Below are positions 48,809-57,724 of a stretch of DNA of 62,414 bases, one piece after another. This DNA comes from Pseudomonadota bacterium (GTDB taxonomy: Bacteria; Bdellovibrionota_B; Oligoflexia; Oligoflexales; CAIYRB01): the NCBI GenBank assembly GCA_031416315.1, contig JANOTL010000048.1, positions 1 to 62,414 of the forward strand. The letters run 5' to 3'. The notes under the pieces are model-generated. The model worked only from the letters and a program-made list of their open reading frames with translations. It was not told the origin of the DNA and made no database searches. The position numbers were made by a program, and so were the translations under genes. Position 1 is the first letter of the stretch, and the number at the start of each line of letters is the position of its first letter.

Positions 48809-49840
48809 ATGCAGGTTCATGCTGACGTCAATGCCCTCGTCGGCAATACGCCGCTGCTGAAGATCGGATCGCTGTCGCGCCTGACTGGCGCGGAGATCTT
48901 CGTGAAATGCGAGTACCTGAACCCGGGCGGCTCGATCAAGGACCGCGCCGCGCAGCAAATGATCCTCGACGCGCACGCGAGCGGCGCGCTCAGGCCGGGG
49001 ATGAAGATCGTCGAGGGCACCGCCGGCAACACCGGCATCGGGCTCGCGGTGATCGGGGCCGCCTTCGGCCACAAGGTGAAGGTCGTGATGCCCCGCGGCC
49101 AGACCGCCGAGAAGCAACGCATCCTCACCTTGTTCGGCGCCGAGATCCAGCAAGTCGACCTCTGTCCTTTCACGAGTCCTAACCACTTCTATCATACGGC
49201 CCGACGGGTCGCGGAAGAAGATCCTGCCAATTGGTGGTGGGCGAACCAGTTCGATAACCTGTCCAACTTCAAGGCTCACTACACGCGCACCGGCCCGGAG
49301 ATCTTGGCCCAGACGGAGGGCCGGCTCTCGGCGCTGGTGTCTTCGGCCGGCACCGGCGGCACTATCGCCGGCAACTCGCGCTTTCTGAAGGAGCGTCTGC
49401 CTGGCCTCAAGGTCATCCTCGTCGACCCGCTTGGCTCGGGCCTTTGTCACTATCTCAAGCATGGCGAGTTCAAGACCGAGGGCGAGTCGATCGCCGAGGG
49501 CATCGGCATCATGAGGCTCGTCGCCAACTTCAAGGAGGCCGTGATCGATGCCGCGTTCACGCTCCCCGACGCCGACGCGCTGACGATCGCCGATCACGTG
49601 CGCGAGCATGACGGGCTCGTCCTTGGCAGCTCCTCCGCCCTGAACGTCGCCGCTGCCGTGAAGACCGCGCTTAGCATGGGCTCTGGCTCGCGCGTCGTCA
49701 CCTTCGCCTGCGACCTCGGCGAGCGCTCCTACTCGAAGCTCTACGACCGCGGGTTCCTGGCGTCGAAAGGACTCGCGCCGCATCCGCGCGGCATCGAAGG
49801 TCTGATCGCAGATTACGGAACGCAGCTTGCATCTCTCTGA
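48809..49840 (+). CDS. cysK: cysteine synthase (PLP-dependent O-acetylserine sulfhydrylase family)
   Basis: VGNTPL, KCEYLNPGGSIKDRAA, EGTAGNTGIGLA, ANQFDN, GTGGT, EGIG, GSSS; RBS GAGGAG before ATG 48809. Confidence 0.92.
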   Translation: MQVHADVNALVGNTPLLKIGSLSRLTGAEIFVKCEYLNPGGSIKDRAAQQMILDAHASGALRPGMKIVEGTAGNTGIGLAVIGAAFGHKVKVVMPRGQTAEKQRILTLFGAEIQQVDLCPFTSPNHFYHTARRVAEEDPANWWWANQFDNLSNFKAHYTRTGPEILAQTEGRLSALVSSAGTGGTIAGNSRFLKERLPGLKVILVDPLGSGLCHYLKHGEFKTEGESIAEGIGIMRLVANFKEAVIDAAFTLPDADALTIADHVREHDGLVLGSSSALNVAAAVKTALSMGSGSRVVTFACDLGERSYSKLYDRGFLASKGLAPHPRGIEGLIADYGTQLASL

Positions 49841-49872
49841 GCGTCGCAACGACAACGGAGGGGAAGAAGACC

Positions 49873-50085
49873 ATGGTGACCAAGAAGAAACAGAAGGCGT
49901 CGAAGAAGAAGGACGAAACCATCCTCGAGAAGGTCGTTCACCTGTTCACCAACGACGACAAGCCCGTGAAAAGGGCACGCGCGACCGTCGCGGCCTCTGT
50001 GCGTAAGCAAAAAAAGGCGCCGGCGAAGCCGACGAAAGCGGCGTCGAAACCCCGGGCGAAGAAAAAGGCGCGGAAAAAAGTCTGA
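49873..50085 (+). CDS. small basic histone H1-like (K/A-rich) protein
   Basis: RBS GGAGG, 70 aa, K/A/R/P-rich C-terminus, followed by a terminator. Confidence 0.7.
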   Translation: MVTKKKQKASKKKDETILEKVVHLFTNDDKPVKRARATVAASVRKQKKAPAKPTKAASKPRAKKKARKKV

Positions 50086-50094
50086 TCCCGCGCT

Positions 50095-50138
50095 GTCGTT
50101 CTGGCGTGACAGCAATGTCGCGCCACAACGACGCTTTT
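50095..50138 (+). terminator. Rho-independent terminator
   Basis: 17-bp stem (2 mismatches), GCAA loop, then GCTTTT. Confidence 0.7.
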
Positions 50139-50282
50139 CAAGGCCGTACATTTTTTTCAATGTTTCCGTACGGATCGAGCGCGCTTGAGCTCTGAGCCCA
50201 GGCGCTAAGCCGGCGGACGCCGTTGCAGAAACTCCCCCTTCGAGCCGATGAGTCCTCATCTCGCGCCCGATAGGAAGGAACG

Positions 50283-51407
50283 ATGCGAAAAATCACCGCG
50301 GCTCTCCTCGTCGCCCTGGTCAGCGCTTGCGGGGACGGCTCCGGCTCCGGACCCGATCTCGGCGACGACGAGGCGCATCTGTCGGCGCTCGCCGGCGACG
50401 AGCCAGCCTCGGGCGATCTCGAAACCTTCGACAACCGCGCCGTCTGGATCGACGTGTACGCGTCCTACGCTGCGAAGTGCCTCGTCGCGACGGACGAGCC
50501 CGGCATCGACAAGACCACGGCGGTCTTCTACGGCTGCTACGATTGGCATTCCGCCGTGCACGCTCATTGGGCGGTGTTCCGGGCCGATCTGAAGGGCGGA
50601 GGCATCAAGCTCGCCGCGACCGCCAAGGTGGTTGACGCGCGTTTCACCGCCGACTCGCTCGCCAAGATCAAGAAGGACTTGGTCGAGAAGAAGGTCGACG
50701 GCAAAGACTACGAGATGCCCTACGGACGCGCCTGGTTCCTGCGCTTGGCGAGCGAGCACGAGACTTGGGCCAAGGCGAAAGGGATCGCGGATCCACAAAG
50801 GCTCCGTGAGTTGGGCGATTTCGTGGCGCAGTCGCTGATGACCTTCTATGCTGCGAACGCGCCCAGCCCCAAGAAAACGGACTATTCAAACGACTCGTGG
50901 TCGATGGCGCAGCTCCTAGCCTGGTTCCGTCATACCGGAGACGCCGCGTCGGAAGAGCTCGTTCAAGCCATGTTGAAGACCAACTTCGTCGACAAGCCGC
51001 TCACCTGGGCCGATAGCAACGACACGGATCCGAACGCCTTTTTCTCGCTCTATTGGAACTGGGTCTACGCCCTCACCGGGGCCCTCGGGCCCGAGGCCGC
51101 GATCGCCGCGGTCGATCCGGACGCGCTGCCGGCCGATGCCTTGACGCCAATCCCCGCGCCGGTGAGCAACGCCAACGACGACGTGCACCACTTGGGCATC
51201 AACTGGAGCCGCGCCTGGGGCATCAAAGCGCTCGCCCGTGACGTGATCGCCGTACGCGGTGCGAGCGACCCGATGGCGCAAAAGCTCATCTCTGCGTATT
51301 ACGAGCACGTCAAAGCGGGGCGGGCGCGGCACAACCAGTACAAGGACAACTACTACGCTTACTCCCATTGGGTGCCGCAGTTTGGCATCTACGGCATCAC
51401 GGACTAG
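50283..51407 (+). CDS. DUF2891 family lipoprotein
   Basis: Lipobox VSAC; FYGCYDWHSAVHAHW, YEMPYGRAWFL.L, HHLGINWSRAW, Y..SHWVPQF. Confidence 0.85.
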   Translation: MRKITAALLVALVSACGDGSGSGPDLGDDEAHLSALAGDEPASGDLETFDNRAVWIDVYASYAAKCLVATDEPGIDKTTAVFYGCYDWHSAVHAHWAVFRADLKGGGIKLAATAKVVDARFTADSLAKIKKDLVEKKVDGKDYEMPYGRAWFLRLASEHETWAKAKGIADPQRLRELGDFVAQSLMTFYAANAPSPKKTDYSNDSWSMAQLLAWFRHTGDAASEELVQAMLKTNFVDKPLTWADSNDTDPNAFFSLYWNWVYALTGALGPEAAIAAVDPDALPADALTPIPAPVSNANDDVHHLGINWSRAWGIKALARDVIAVRGASDPMAQKLISAYYEHVKAGRARHNQYKDNYYAYSHWVPQFGIYGITD

Positions 51408-51416
51408 TACCGTGCC

Positions 51417-53081
51417 TCATCGGGCATGCGGCGACCCATTTGCCGCCTTCTTCTCGTCGCGCAGCGCGCGCCGCAGCACCTTGCCGACGTTGGTCTTCGG
51501 TAGGTCCTTGCGGAACTCGATCTGCTTTGGGACCTTGTAGCTGACGAGATTCTTGCGGAAGTGCGCCATCAGCTCCTCCGCCGTGAGCGACTCGTCTTTC
51601 TTGACGATGAAGACCTTGACGACCTCGCCCGACTTGTCGTCGTGGACGCCGATGCAGGCCGCCTCGAAGACCTTCGGGTGCAGGACGCTGACGTCCTCGA
51701 CCTCGTTCGGATAGACCTTGAAGCCGGAGACGTCGATCATGTCCTTCATTCGGTCGACGATCTTGTAGAAGCCGTCCGCCGCCTGCACGGCGACGTCGCC
51801 CGTCCTGAAGAAGCCTCCCGGCAGCGTGACTTGCGCCGTCTCCTCCGGCTTTTGCCAATATCCGGCCATGACCTGCGGGCCGCGGACGCAGAGCTCGCCT
51901 TGCTCGCCGAGTTTGACCTCGGCGCCGCTTTCGTCGACGAGCTTGACCTCGGTGCCCGGCAGCGTGAGCCCGATCGTGCCGACTTGGTCCTTGCCGTCGA
52001 CCGGGTTGCAGCACACGACTGGCGAGGTCTCCGTCAGGCCGTAGCCCTCGATCACTTTCGACTTGGTCACCGTTTCCCAGCGCTCCTTGACGGCGCTCTG
52101 CAAGGCCATCGCGCCCGCGACCGAGATCTTCAGCGTCGAGAGGTCGAGCTTTTGGAAGTCGGGGTTCGCAGCGAGGGAGTTGAAGAGCGTGTTCACGCCC
52201 GTGAACACCGTCGGCTTGCACTTCGCCAAGACCTTGACGAACGCCGGCAGGTCGCGCGGGTTGGTGATCAGGATGTTGTGCGCGCCGCTCGTCATGAAGG
52301 CGAAGCAGTTCACGGTCAACGAGAAGATGTGGTACAGCGGCAACGCCGTGACGATCGTCTCGGCGACGTCGCCTCGACGCAAGGGCTCCATCCACTGCGC
52401 GATTTGGGCCATGTTCGCGACGACGTTCGCGTGCGTCAGCATCGCGCCCTTCGACACGCCGGTGGTCCCGCCGGTGTACTGCAGGAAGGCCAGGTCCTCG
52501 GGCTTGACCTTCGGTGGCGTGAAGGGCTTGCCGTCCCCCGCTCTCAAGGCGGCATTGAAGCCGACGCTCGCGGGAAGCTCGTAGGCGGGCACCATCTTCT
52601 TCAAATGACGCACGGCGGCATTGACGAGGTTGGCCTTCGGAAAGCCGAGGCAGTCGCCGATTCCGGTGACCACGACGCGCTCCGGCGCGATCCCGGTCTT
52701 CCCGAGCACCTGCGCAAGGTTCGCGGCGAAGTTCGCGAGAATCACGATCGCCTTCGCGCCGGAGTCGCGGAACTGGTGCTCCATCTCGCGCGGAGTGTAC
52801 AGCGGATTGGTGTTGACCACGGTCAGGCCGGCGCGCAAGGCGCCGAAAATGGCGATCGGCGTCTGCAGGAGGTTCGGCAATTGCACGGCGATGCGGTCGC
52901 CTTGCGCCAGCTTCAGGTCGTTGACGAGAAAGCTGGCGAACGCCTTGCTCTTCGCGTCGAGCGTGGCGAAGTCCATGGTCTTGCCCATGTTCGAGAACGC
53001 GGGGCGCGCGGCGTATTTGGCAAAGACGCCCGCGAGCAGGGCGTCGAGCGTCGCATACGGCGAGGGAATGAGCGCGGTCAT
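51417..53081 (-). CDS. fadD: long-chain-fatty-acid--CoA ligase
   Basis: VNTNPLYTPRE, LQYTGGTTGVSKGA, EGYGLTETSP, GPQVMAGYW, TGD, IVDR.KDMI.VSGF.VYPNE, LPKTNVGK. Confidence 0.96.
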   Translation of the reverse strand: MTALIPSPYATLDALLAGVFAKYAARPAFSNMGKTMDFATLDAKSKAFASFLVNDLKLAQGDRIAVQLPNLLQTPIAIFGALRAGLTVVNTNPLYTPREMEHQFRDSGAKAIVILANFAANLAQVLGKTGIAPERVVVTGIGDCLGFPKANLVNAAVRHLKKMVPAYELPASVGFNAALRAGDGKPFTPPKVKPEDLAFLQYTGGTTGVSKGAMLTHANVVANMAQIAQWMEPLRRGDVAETIVTALPLYHIFSLTVNCFAFMTSGAHNILITNPRDLPAFVKVLAKCKPTVFTGVNTLFNSLAANPDFQKLDLSTLKISVAGAMALQSAVKERWETVTKSKVIEGYGLTETSPVVCCNPVDGKDQVGTIGLTLPGTEVKLVDESGAEVKLGEQGELCVRGPQVMAGYWQKPEETAQVTLPGGFFRTGDVAVQAADGFYKIVDRMKDMIDVSGFKVYPNEVEDVSVLHPKVFEAACIGVHDDKSGEVVKVFIVKKDESLTAEELMAHFRKNLVSYKVPKQIEFRKDLPKTNVGKVLRRALRDEKKAANGSPHAR

Positions 53082-53130
53082 GGGGCTCCTTCAGACTGGG
53101 GATGTCAGTATACTTCACGCTGAGCGCGGC

Positions 53131-53487
53131 TCAGGTGTAGCGGTAAGCCCAATACATCAGCGGAAGCTGCAAGGGCACGCGTACCCAAAGAGCGACGCTG
53201 CTCACCTTCGGCATCGTCTCGGGATGCAAGGCCGCGTGGATGTTTGCCGGCCACACCGCGAAGAGCAAGGCGATCACGCCCCAGGCGGCGAAAGGCCGCG
53301 TCGCCGACGGCAAGAGCAGGAGCCCGAGGCCGATCTCCGCAATCCCGGAGAGGCCGATCATGAGATCGGGCATCGGAATGTAGGGCGGCATCATCGGCCG
53401 ATAAAATCCCGGTTTCAAGAAATGCATGACACCGCCGACGCCGTAGAGCGAAGCCATCGCCACCAAACCCCACGTCCAGTCGCCCAC
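53131..53487 (-). CDS. DoxX/MauE-like membrane protein
   Basis: G.MHF..P.FY..MMPP, SGIAEI..G..L, AVWPANI, R.PLQ. Confidence 0.85.
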   Translation of the reverse strand: MGDWTWGLVAMASLYGVGGVMHFLKPGFYRPMMPPYIPMPDLMIGLSGIAEIGLGLLLLPSATRPFAAWGVIALLFAVWPANIHAALHPETMPKVSSVALWVRVPLQLPLMYWAYRYT

Positions 53488-53585
53488 GAACCCTCCGCTC
53501 AGCCTCTGCTGCCGTTGACACGATTGTTACACGATCGTCGCAGGATCCTGACACTGGGATGCGCGCGCTCCCGTAAGCTCGAAGG

Positions 53586-54284
53586 ATGATGATGAAGCGC
53601 TTCAGCATGACCGTCCGCATCAAGGAGCCGCTAAGCGCTCTCTCCCACCTCGTGGGCGTCGGCTTTGCGGTCGTCGCCCTCGTCCTTCTCGTGACCCGAG
53701 CCGCCGCGGTCTCGACGGCTGCGCACGTCGTCGGCTTCGCCATCTTCGGGACTTGCATGGTCCTCGTGTACACGGCCTCGACGCTTTACCACGCGCTGCC
53801 GCTCAAGGTGAGCCAGGAGAAGATCTTCCGACGCATCGACCACAGCACGATCTTCACGATGATCGCCGGGACCTATACTCCGGTCGCGCTCGTCGTTCTG
53901 AAAGGGCCTATCGGCTGGAGCCTTCTCGTCTTGATCTGGTCGCTCGCGGCCTACGGCATCTGGCGGCTTTGGCGCAAGAAAAGGCCCTCGACGGGCGTCG
54001 TCTCCGGCTCACGTTGGCAGGACGCCGCCATCTACGTCGGCATGGGGTGGGTCTCCGTCCTCTACATTTGGCCGATGGCGCAGGTCCTGCCGGCCGCCGG
54101 CATTGCCTGGCTCCTCGGCGGCGGCGCGGCCTACAGCCTTGGTGCGGTGATCTACGGGCTGAAGCGGCCTAACCCGTGGCCGCGCGTCTTCGGCTTTCAC
54201 GAGATCTTCCATGGCTTCGTCCTTCTCGGCTCATTCTGCCACTTTTGGCTGATGCACGCTTACGTCCTGCCGCTCCAGACGTAG
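53586..54284 (+). CDS. hemolysin III / PAQR family membrane protein (TrhA-like)
   Basis: EP.SALSH, ASTLYH, RRIDH..IF..IAGTYTP, YVGMGW, GFHEIFH.FV..GS..H. Confidence 0.92.
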   Translation: MMMKRFSMTVRIKEPLSALSHLVGVGFAVVALVLLVTRAAAVSTAAHVVGFAIFGTCMVLVYTASTLYHALPLKVSQEKIFRRIDHSTIFTMIAGTYTPVALVVLKGPIGWSLLVLIWSLAAYGIWRLWRKKRPSTGVVSGSRWQDAAIYVGMGWVSVLYIWPMAQVLPAAGIAWLLGGGAAYSLGAVIYGLKRPNPWPRVFGFHEIFHGFVLLGSFCHFWLMHAYVLPLQT

Positions 54285-54313
54285 GGCATAAGCGGCCCGG
54301 CGCCGGGCGTCCG

Positions 54314-57300
54314 TCACGTCGGCGGCGAAGGGCGCACGACGACCACTGATGCGTGGGTGCCGTCGCCAGCGGCGAGCGAGCGCTTTAGCTCGAGCGGCAG
54401 CTCTGTGACGAAGCCCGGCTTGCTCAAGACGCGGCTGACGCCCAGGCGGTCCGCCTCGAGGCTGACCTCGGGGCTCAGGTATCCCGAGAGCATGATGATC
54501 GGCACCGCCGGCTTGAGCCCGCGCATGCGTCGGACCAGCTCGAGACCGGACATGCCGGCCATGGCGTAGTCGGTGACGATGGCGTCGAAGTCGTCCGGAT
54601 GGTCCGCGAACGTCGCCCAGGCGGAGGGCGCGTCGGCCGCGCACTCGACGCGGTAGCCGCACTGGTCCAGCATCGTGGTGATCAAGAGGCTCACGGTCTT
54701 CTCGTCGTCGACGACGAGCACGCGCTCGCCGTGGCCGCGGAGATCCTCCGTCCCGAGCGGCGCGCTGGCCGCGACGGCGAGTGCCGCCGTGGTCGGCAGA
54801 AAGACGTGAAAGCTCGAGCCGCGGTCGACTCGCGTGTCGACGACGATGCCGCCGCCGTGGCTCTTGACGATGCCGAGAACGACCGACAGGCCGAGCCCCG
54901 TGCCTTCTGTGGGCTGCTTCGTCGTAAAGAACGGGTCGAAGATGCGCTTGAGAGTCGCCTCATCCATCCCCGCGCCGTCGTCCGACACGCTCAACACCAT
55001 GTAGCGCCCTGGCGGGATCTCGCCCGCCGTCACCGCGAGCTTTTCGACGACCTGCGAAGGATGGAGGCGGATGGAGATCGAGCCGCCGCGCGTGCCGATC
55101 GCGTGCGCCGCGTTGGTCGCGAGGTTCATCACGACCTGGTGGATCTGCGAGGGATCGCCGAGCACGTCGAAGGCCGACCCGCCGAGCTCCGTCCTCAGCT
55201 CGATCATCGCGGGCAAAGTCGAGCGCAGGAGGCGCACCGTCTCTTCCACGATCGGCGCGAGGCGTGTGACGGCGCGCTGCGGCGTCCGCTTCCGGCTGAA
55301 CGCGAGAATCTGCCGCACGAGGTCGGTCGCGCGGGCGCTCGCGTCCTGGACGACGCACAGATGCGCCTGCACCGCGTGATCGGCCGGCAAGGCCCGCCGC
55401 GCTAGGCTCAAGTGCCCGACGATCGCCGTGAGGACGTTGTTGAAATCGTGCGCGATGCCGCCGGCGAGCGAGCCGAGGCTCTCCATGCGCTGCGTCACGA
55501 CGACCTGCGCCTCGAGCTTCTTCCGCTCCGTCACGTCGGTATTGATGATCAGCACCGCTGGCGCCTTCGTCGCCGTCTCCCGCACCAAAGACCAGCGCGC
55601 CTCGACCGTCACCTGCTTGCCCGCCTTGGTGAAATGCGTCATTTCTCCCACCCAAGCCTCGTCGCAGCGTACCGCCGCGCTCGCGACCTCGAGCTCCTCG
55701 TTCTCTTCGGCGAAGAGCTCGGTCGCCCGAAGGCCGAGCGCCTCGTCGCGGCTCCAGCCGTAGAGCCGCGTCGCGCCGTCGTTCCAGAAGCGGATCGTGT
55801 GGTCCAGATCGATCAGGAGGATCGCGTCGCGCGCATGGTCGAGGAGCGCTGCTTGCTCCGCGATCCGGCCGCTGGCGGCGAGCTCCGCCGTGATGTCGGT
55901 CACCATGCCGAGCGCGCCCTCGACGACACCATCCTCGCCCAGGACGGGGCTCGCCGCGACCCTGACCCAAATCTCATGGCCGTCGGCGTGCATCAGGCGG
56001 ACGTCGTGGCGCTCGCTGACGCCCTTCACGCGGTCCTGCATCTTGCGCCGGATTTCCTCGCGGTTCTCCGGCGGCACCCAGTCGTAGAGGGACGTGCCGA
56101 GCATCGCTTCCGGACTCGTGCCGAGGATCTGCGCCATGCGCGGATTCGCGAACCGCGTCGCGCCGTCGAGGCGGACGATCCAGACGCCCTCGTGCGCCGT
56201 CTCGAGCAGCTGGCGCACGCTCGCCTCGCTGCGGCGCAAGCGCTCGTGTTGGCTGTCGCGCAAGATCGCGATCGAGGCAAGATGCGTCGCCGCTTCCACG
56301 ATGCGGACCTCGCCGGCGGTTGGCAGGCGTGGCGTGCGGTAGTAGATCGCCAGGGTCCCGAGCACCTCGCCGGAGGGCGCGAAGATCGGGCTCGACCAGC
56401 AGGCGGCGAGACGGTGCGGCAGCGCGAGGTGACGGAACCGGTCCCAGCTTGCATGCGTCGCGATGTCTTCGACAAATACGGGCTCACGACGGAATGCGGC
56501 GGTGCCACAAGATCCCGCGTCGGGTCCGATCGGCATGCCGTCGATCGCCTGCGTGAACTCCGCCGGGAGGCTCGGCGCCGCGCCGTGGTGGAGCGTGCCC
56601 TTCGCGGCATCGAGCAGGAGTATGGAGCAGAGCGCCTCGTTGCCATGGGACTCGACCAACTGCGTGATGCCGGCCAGGATTTCTGGCAAAGGCTTGCGCG
56701 CCGCCACGCACTCGAGGATCGCGATCTGCTGACGGGCCGTCACCGTCGCTTGCGTGCGCTCGAGCACTGCCGCTCCGAGCGCCAAGTGCGTGAGCAAGAC
56801 GAGCGCCAGGAAGACCTGAATCGACAGCGAGCGGTCGAGGAAAACCACCGGTGCGGTCGCGAACGGTCCGATCCCTTGCATCGTCAGCGCCAAGGTCAGG
56901 ACCGCGAGGAGCAGTGTCGCGAGGGTCGCGCCGATCACTTGGAAGCGCATCGTCGCCCACAAGAGAAACGGCAACACCGCGTACGAGTAGTGGAGTGCGG
57001 ACTCCGGCGAGGAGCGCATGAGGCCCAGGATCGTCGTCGCGGTCAGACCGGCCGCGATCAGTGCGACCTCGGCCACGATCGAGGCCCCAGGTCGTGCGCG
57101 CAAAAGGGCGGTGGAGGCGCTCAAAGGCCAGAAGACCAGGACCGCGGGCGCCACCAGCACGATGCCTAGGAAATCGTTGATCAACCAAAGTTGCCAGCTC
57201 ACGGGTCCGGCGCTCCACGCGATCGTGGCGCCGACGGCGCAGGCCACGGCCGCGCTCCCGATCAGGATGCCGACGTCACGGCAGGCGACAACGCTGAACC

Positions 57301-57625
57301 CCCGTGCGAACCGCCGGACCGCCAGTGCGACTAGGAGCGGCTCGAGCACATTGCCGAGGGCATAGACCGCGTTCGGGAAGAGCGGCATCGCGAGCAAGGT
57401 CGTGTTCGCCAGGAGGCCGATGTAGCTCGCGCCGAGGAGGAGCGGCCACGCGTGCGGCGGCCTACGAATCAAGACGGCGAGCATAATCCCGTTGGCGAAC
57501 CAAAAGGGCGCCATGCCTTCTGGCTCGATCAAAAAGGTCACGGCGAGTCGCGCGGATGCGAACGCCACCAACGCGAGCCCTAGAGCTTCGGCGATGCTGC
57601 GTACGCGTTTTCTTGAGCGGCTCAC
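54314..57625 (-). CDS. hybrid sensor histidine kinase/response regulator (MASE1-GAF-PAS-PAS-HK-REC)
   Basis: MASE1 (FWFANGI..A, W...DFLG), GAF (GSCGTAA...ACWSSPI), two PAS, LAGGIAHDFNN, FDPFFTTK...GTGLGL, REC VLVVDDE/TDYAM. Confidence 0.93.
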   Translation of the reverse strand: MSRSRKRVRSIAEALGLALVAFASARLAVTFLIEPEGMAPFWFANGIMLAVLIRRPPHAWPLLLGASYIGLLANTTLLAMPLFPNAVYALGNVLEPLLVALAVRRFARGFSVVACRDVGILIGSAAVACAVGATIAWSAGPVSWQLWLINDFLGIVLVAPAVLVFWPLSASTALLRARPGASIVAEVALIAAGLTATTILGLMRSSPESALHYSYAVLPFLLWATMRFQVIGATLATLLLAVLTLALTMQGIGPFATAPVVFLDRSLSIQVFLALVLLTHLALGAAVLERTQATVTARQQIAILECVAARKPLPEILAGITQLVESHGNEALCSILLLDAAKGTLHHGAAPSLPAEFTQAIDGMPIGPDAGSCGTAAFRREPVFVEDIATHASWDRFRHLALPHRLAACWSSPIFAPSGEVLGTLAIYYRTPRLPTAGEVRIVEAATHLASIAILRDSQHERLRRSEASVRQLLETAHEGVWIVRLDGATRFANPRMAQILGTSPEAMLGTSLYDWVPPENREEIRRKMQDRVKGVSERHDVRLMHADGHEIWVRVAASPVLGEDGVVEGALGMVTDITAELAASGRIAEQAALLDHARDAILLIDLDHTIRFWNDGATRLYGWSRDEALGLRATELFAEENEELEVASAAVRCDEAWVGEMTHFTKAGKQVTVEARWSLVRETATKAPAVLIINTDVTERKKLEAQVVVTQRMESLGSLAGGIAHDFNNVLTAIVGHLSLARRALPADHAVQAHLCVVQDASARATDLVRQILAFSRKRTPQRAVTRLAPIVEETVRLLRSTLPAMIELRTELGGSAFDVLGDPSQIHQVVMNLATNAAHAIGTRGGSISIRLHPSQVVEKLAVTAGEIPPGRYMVLSVSDDGAGMDEATLKRIFDPFFTTKQPTEGTGLGLSVVLGIVKSHGGGIVVDTRVDRGSSFHVFLPTTAALAVAASAPLGTEDLRGHGERVLVVDDEKTVSLLITTMLDQCGYRVECAADAPSAWATFADHPDDFDAIVTDYAMAGMSGLELVRRMRGLKPAVPIIMLSGYLSPEVSLEADRLGVSRVLSKPGFVTELPLELKRSLAAGDGTHASVVVVRPSPPT

Positions 57626-57724
57626 CCCGGGCTCCTCTGCATAGTAAGGCTTAGCTAGCAGCGCGCCTAATCCACTGTCAAGGCTGGAAAAAAACTGAGA
57701 GAGACGGCATCATGGAACCTGCCG

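Noticed and set aside
51561..53123. Long antisense/alternate-frame ORFs (e.g. 51561-53123, 55412-57169, 23685-25286, 1878-3158, 61782-62360)
   Set aside because: Shadows of real genes caused by high GC3; Arg/Ala/Gly-rich with no family motifs.
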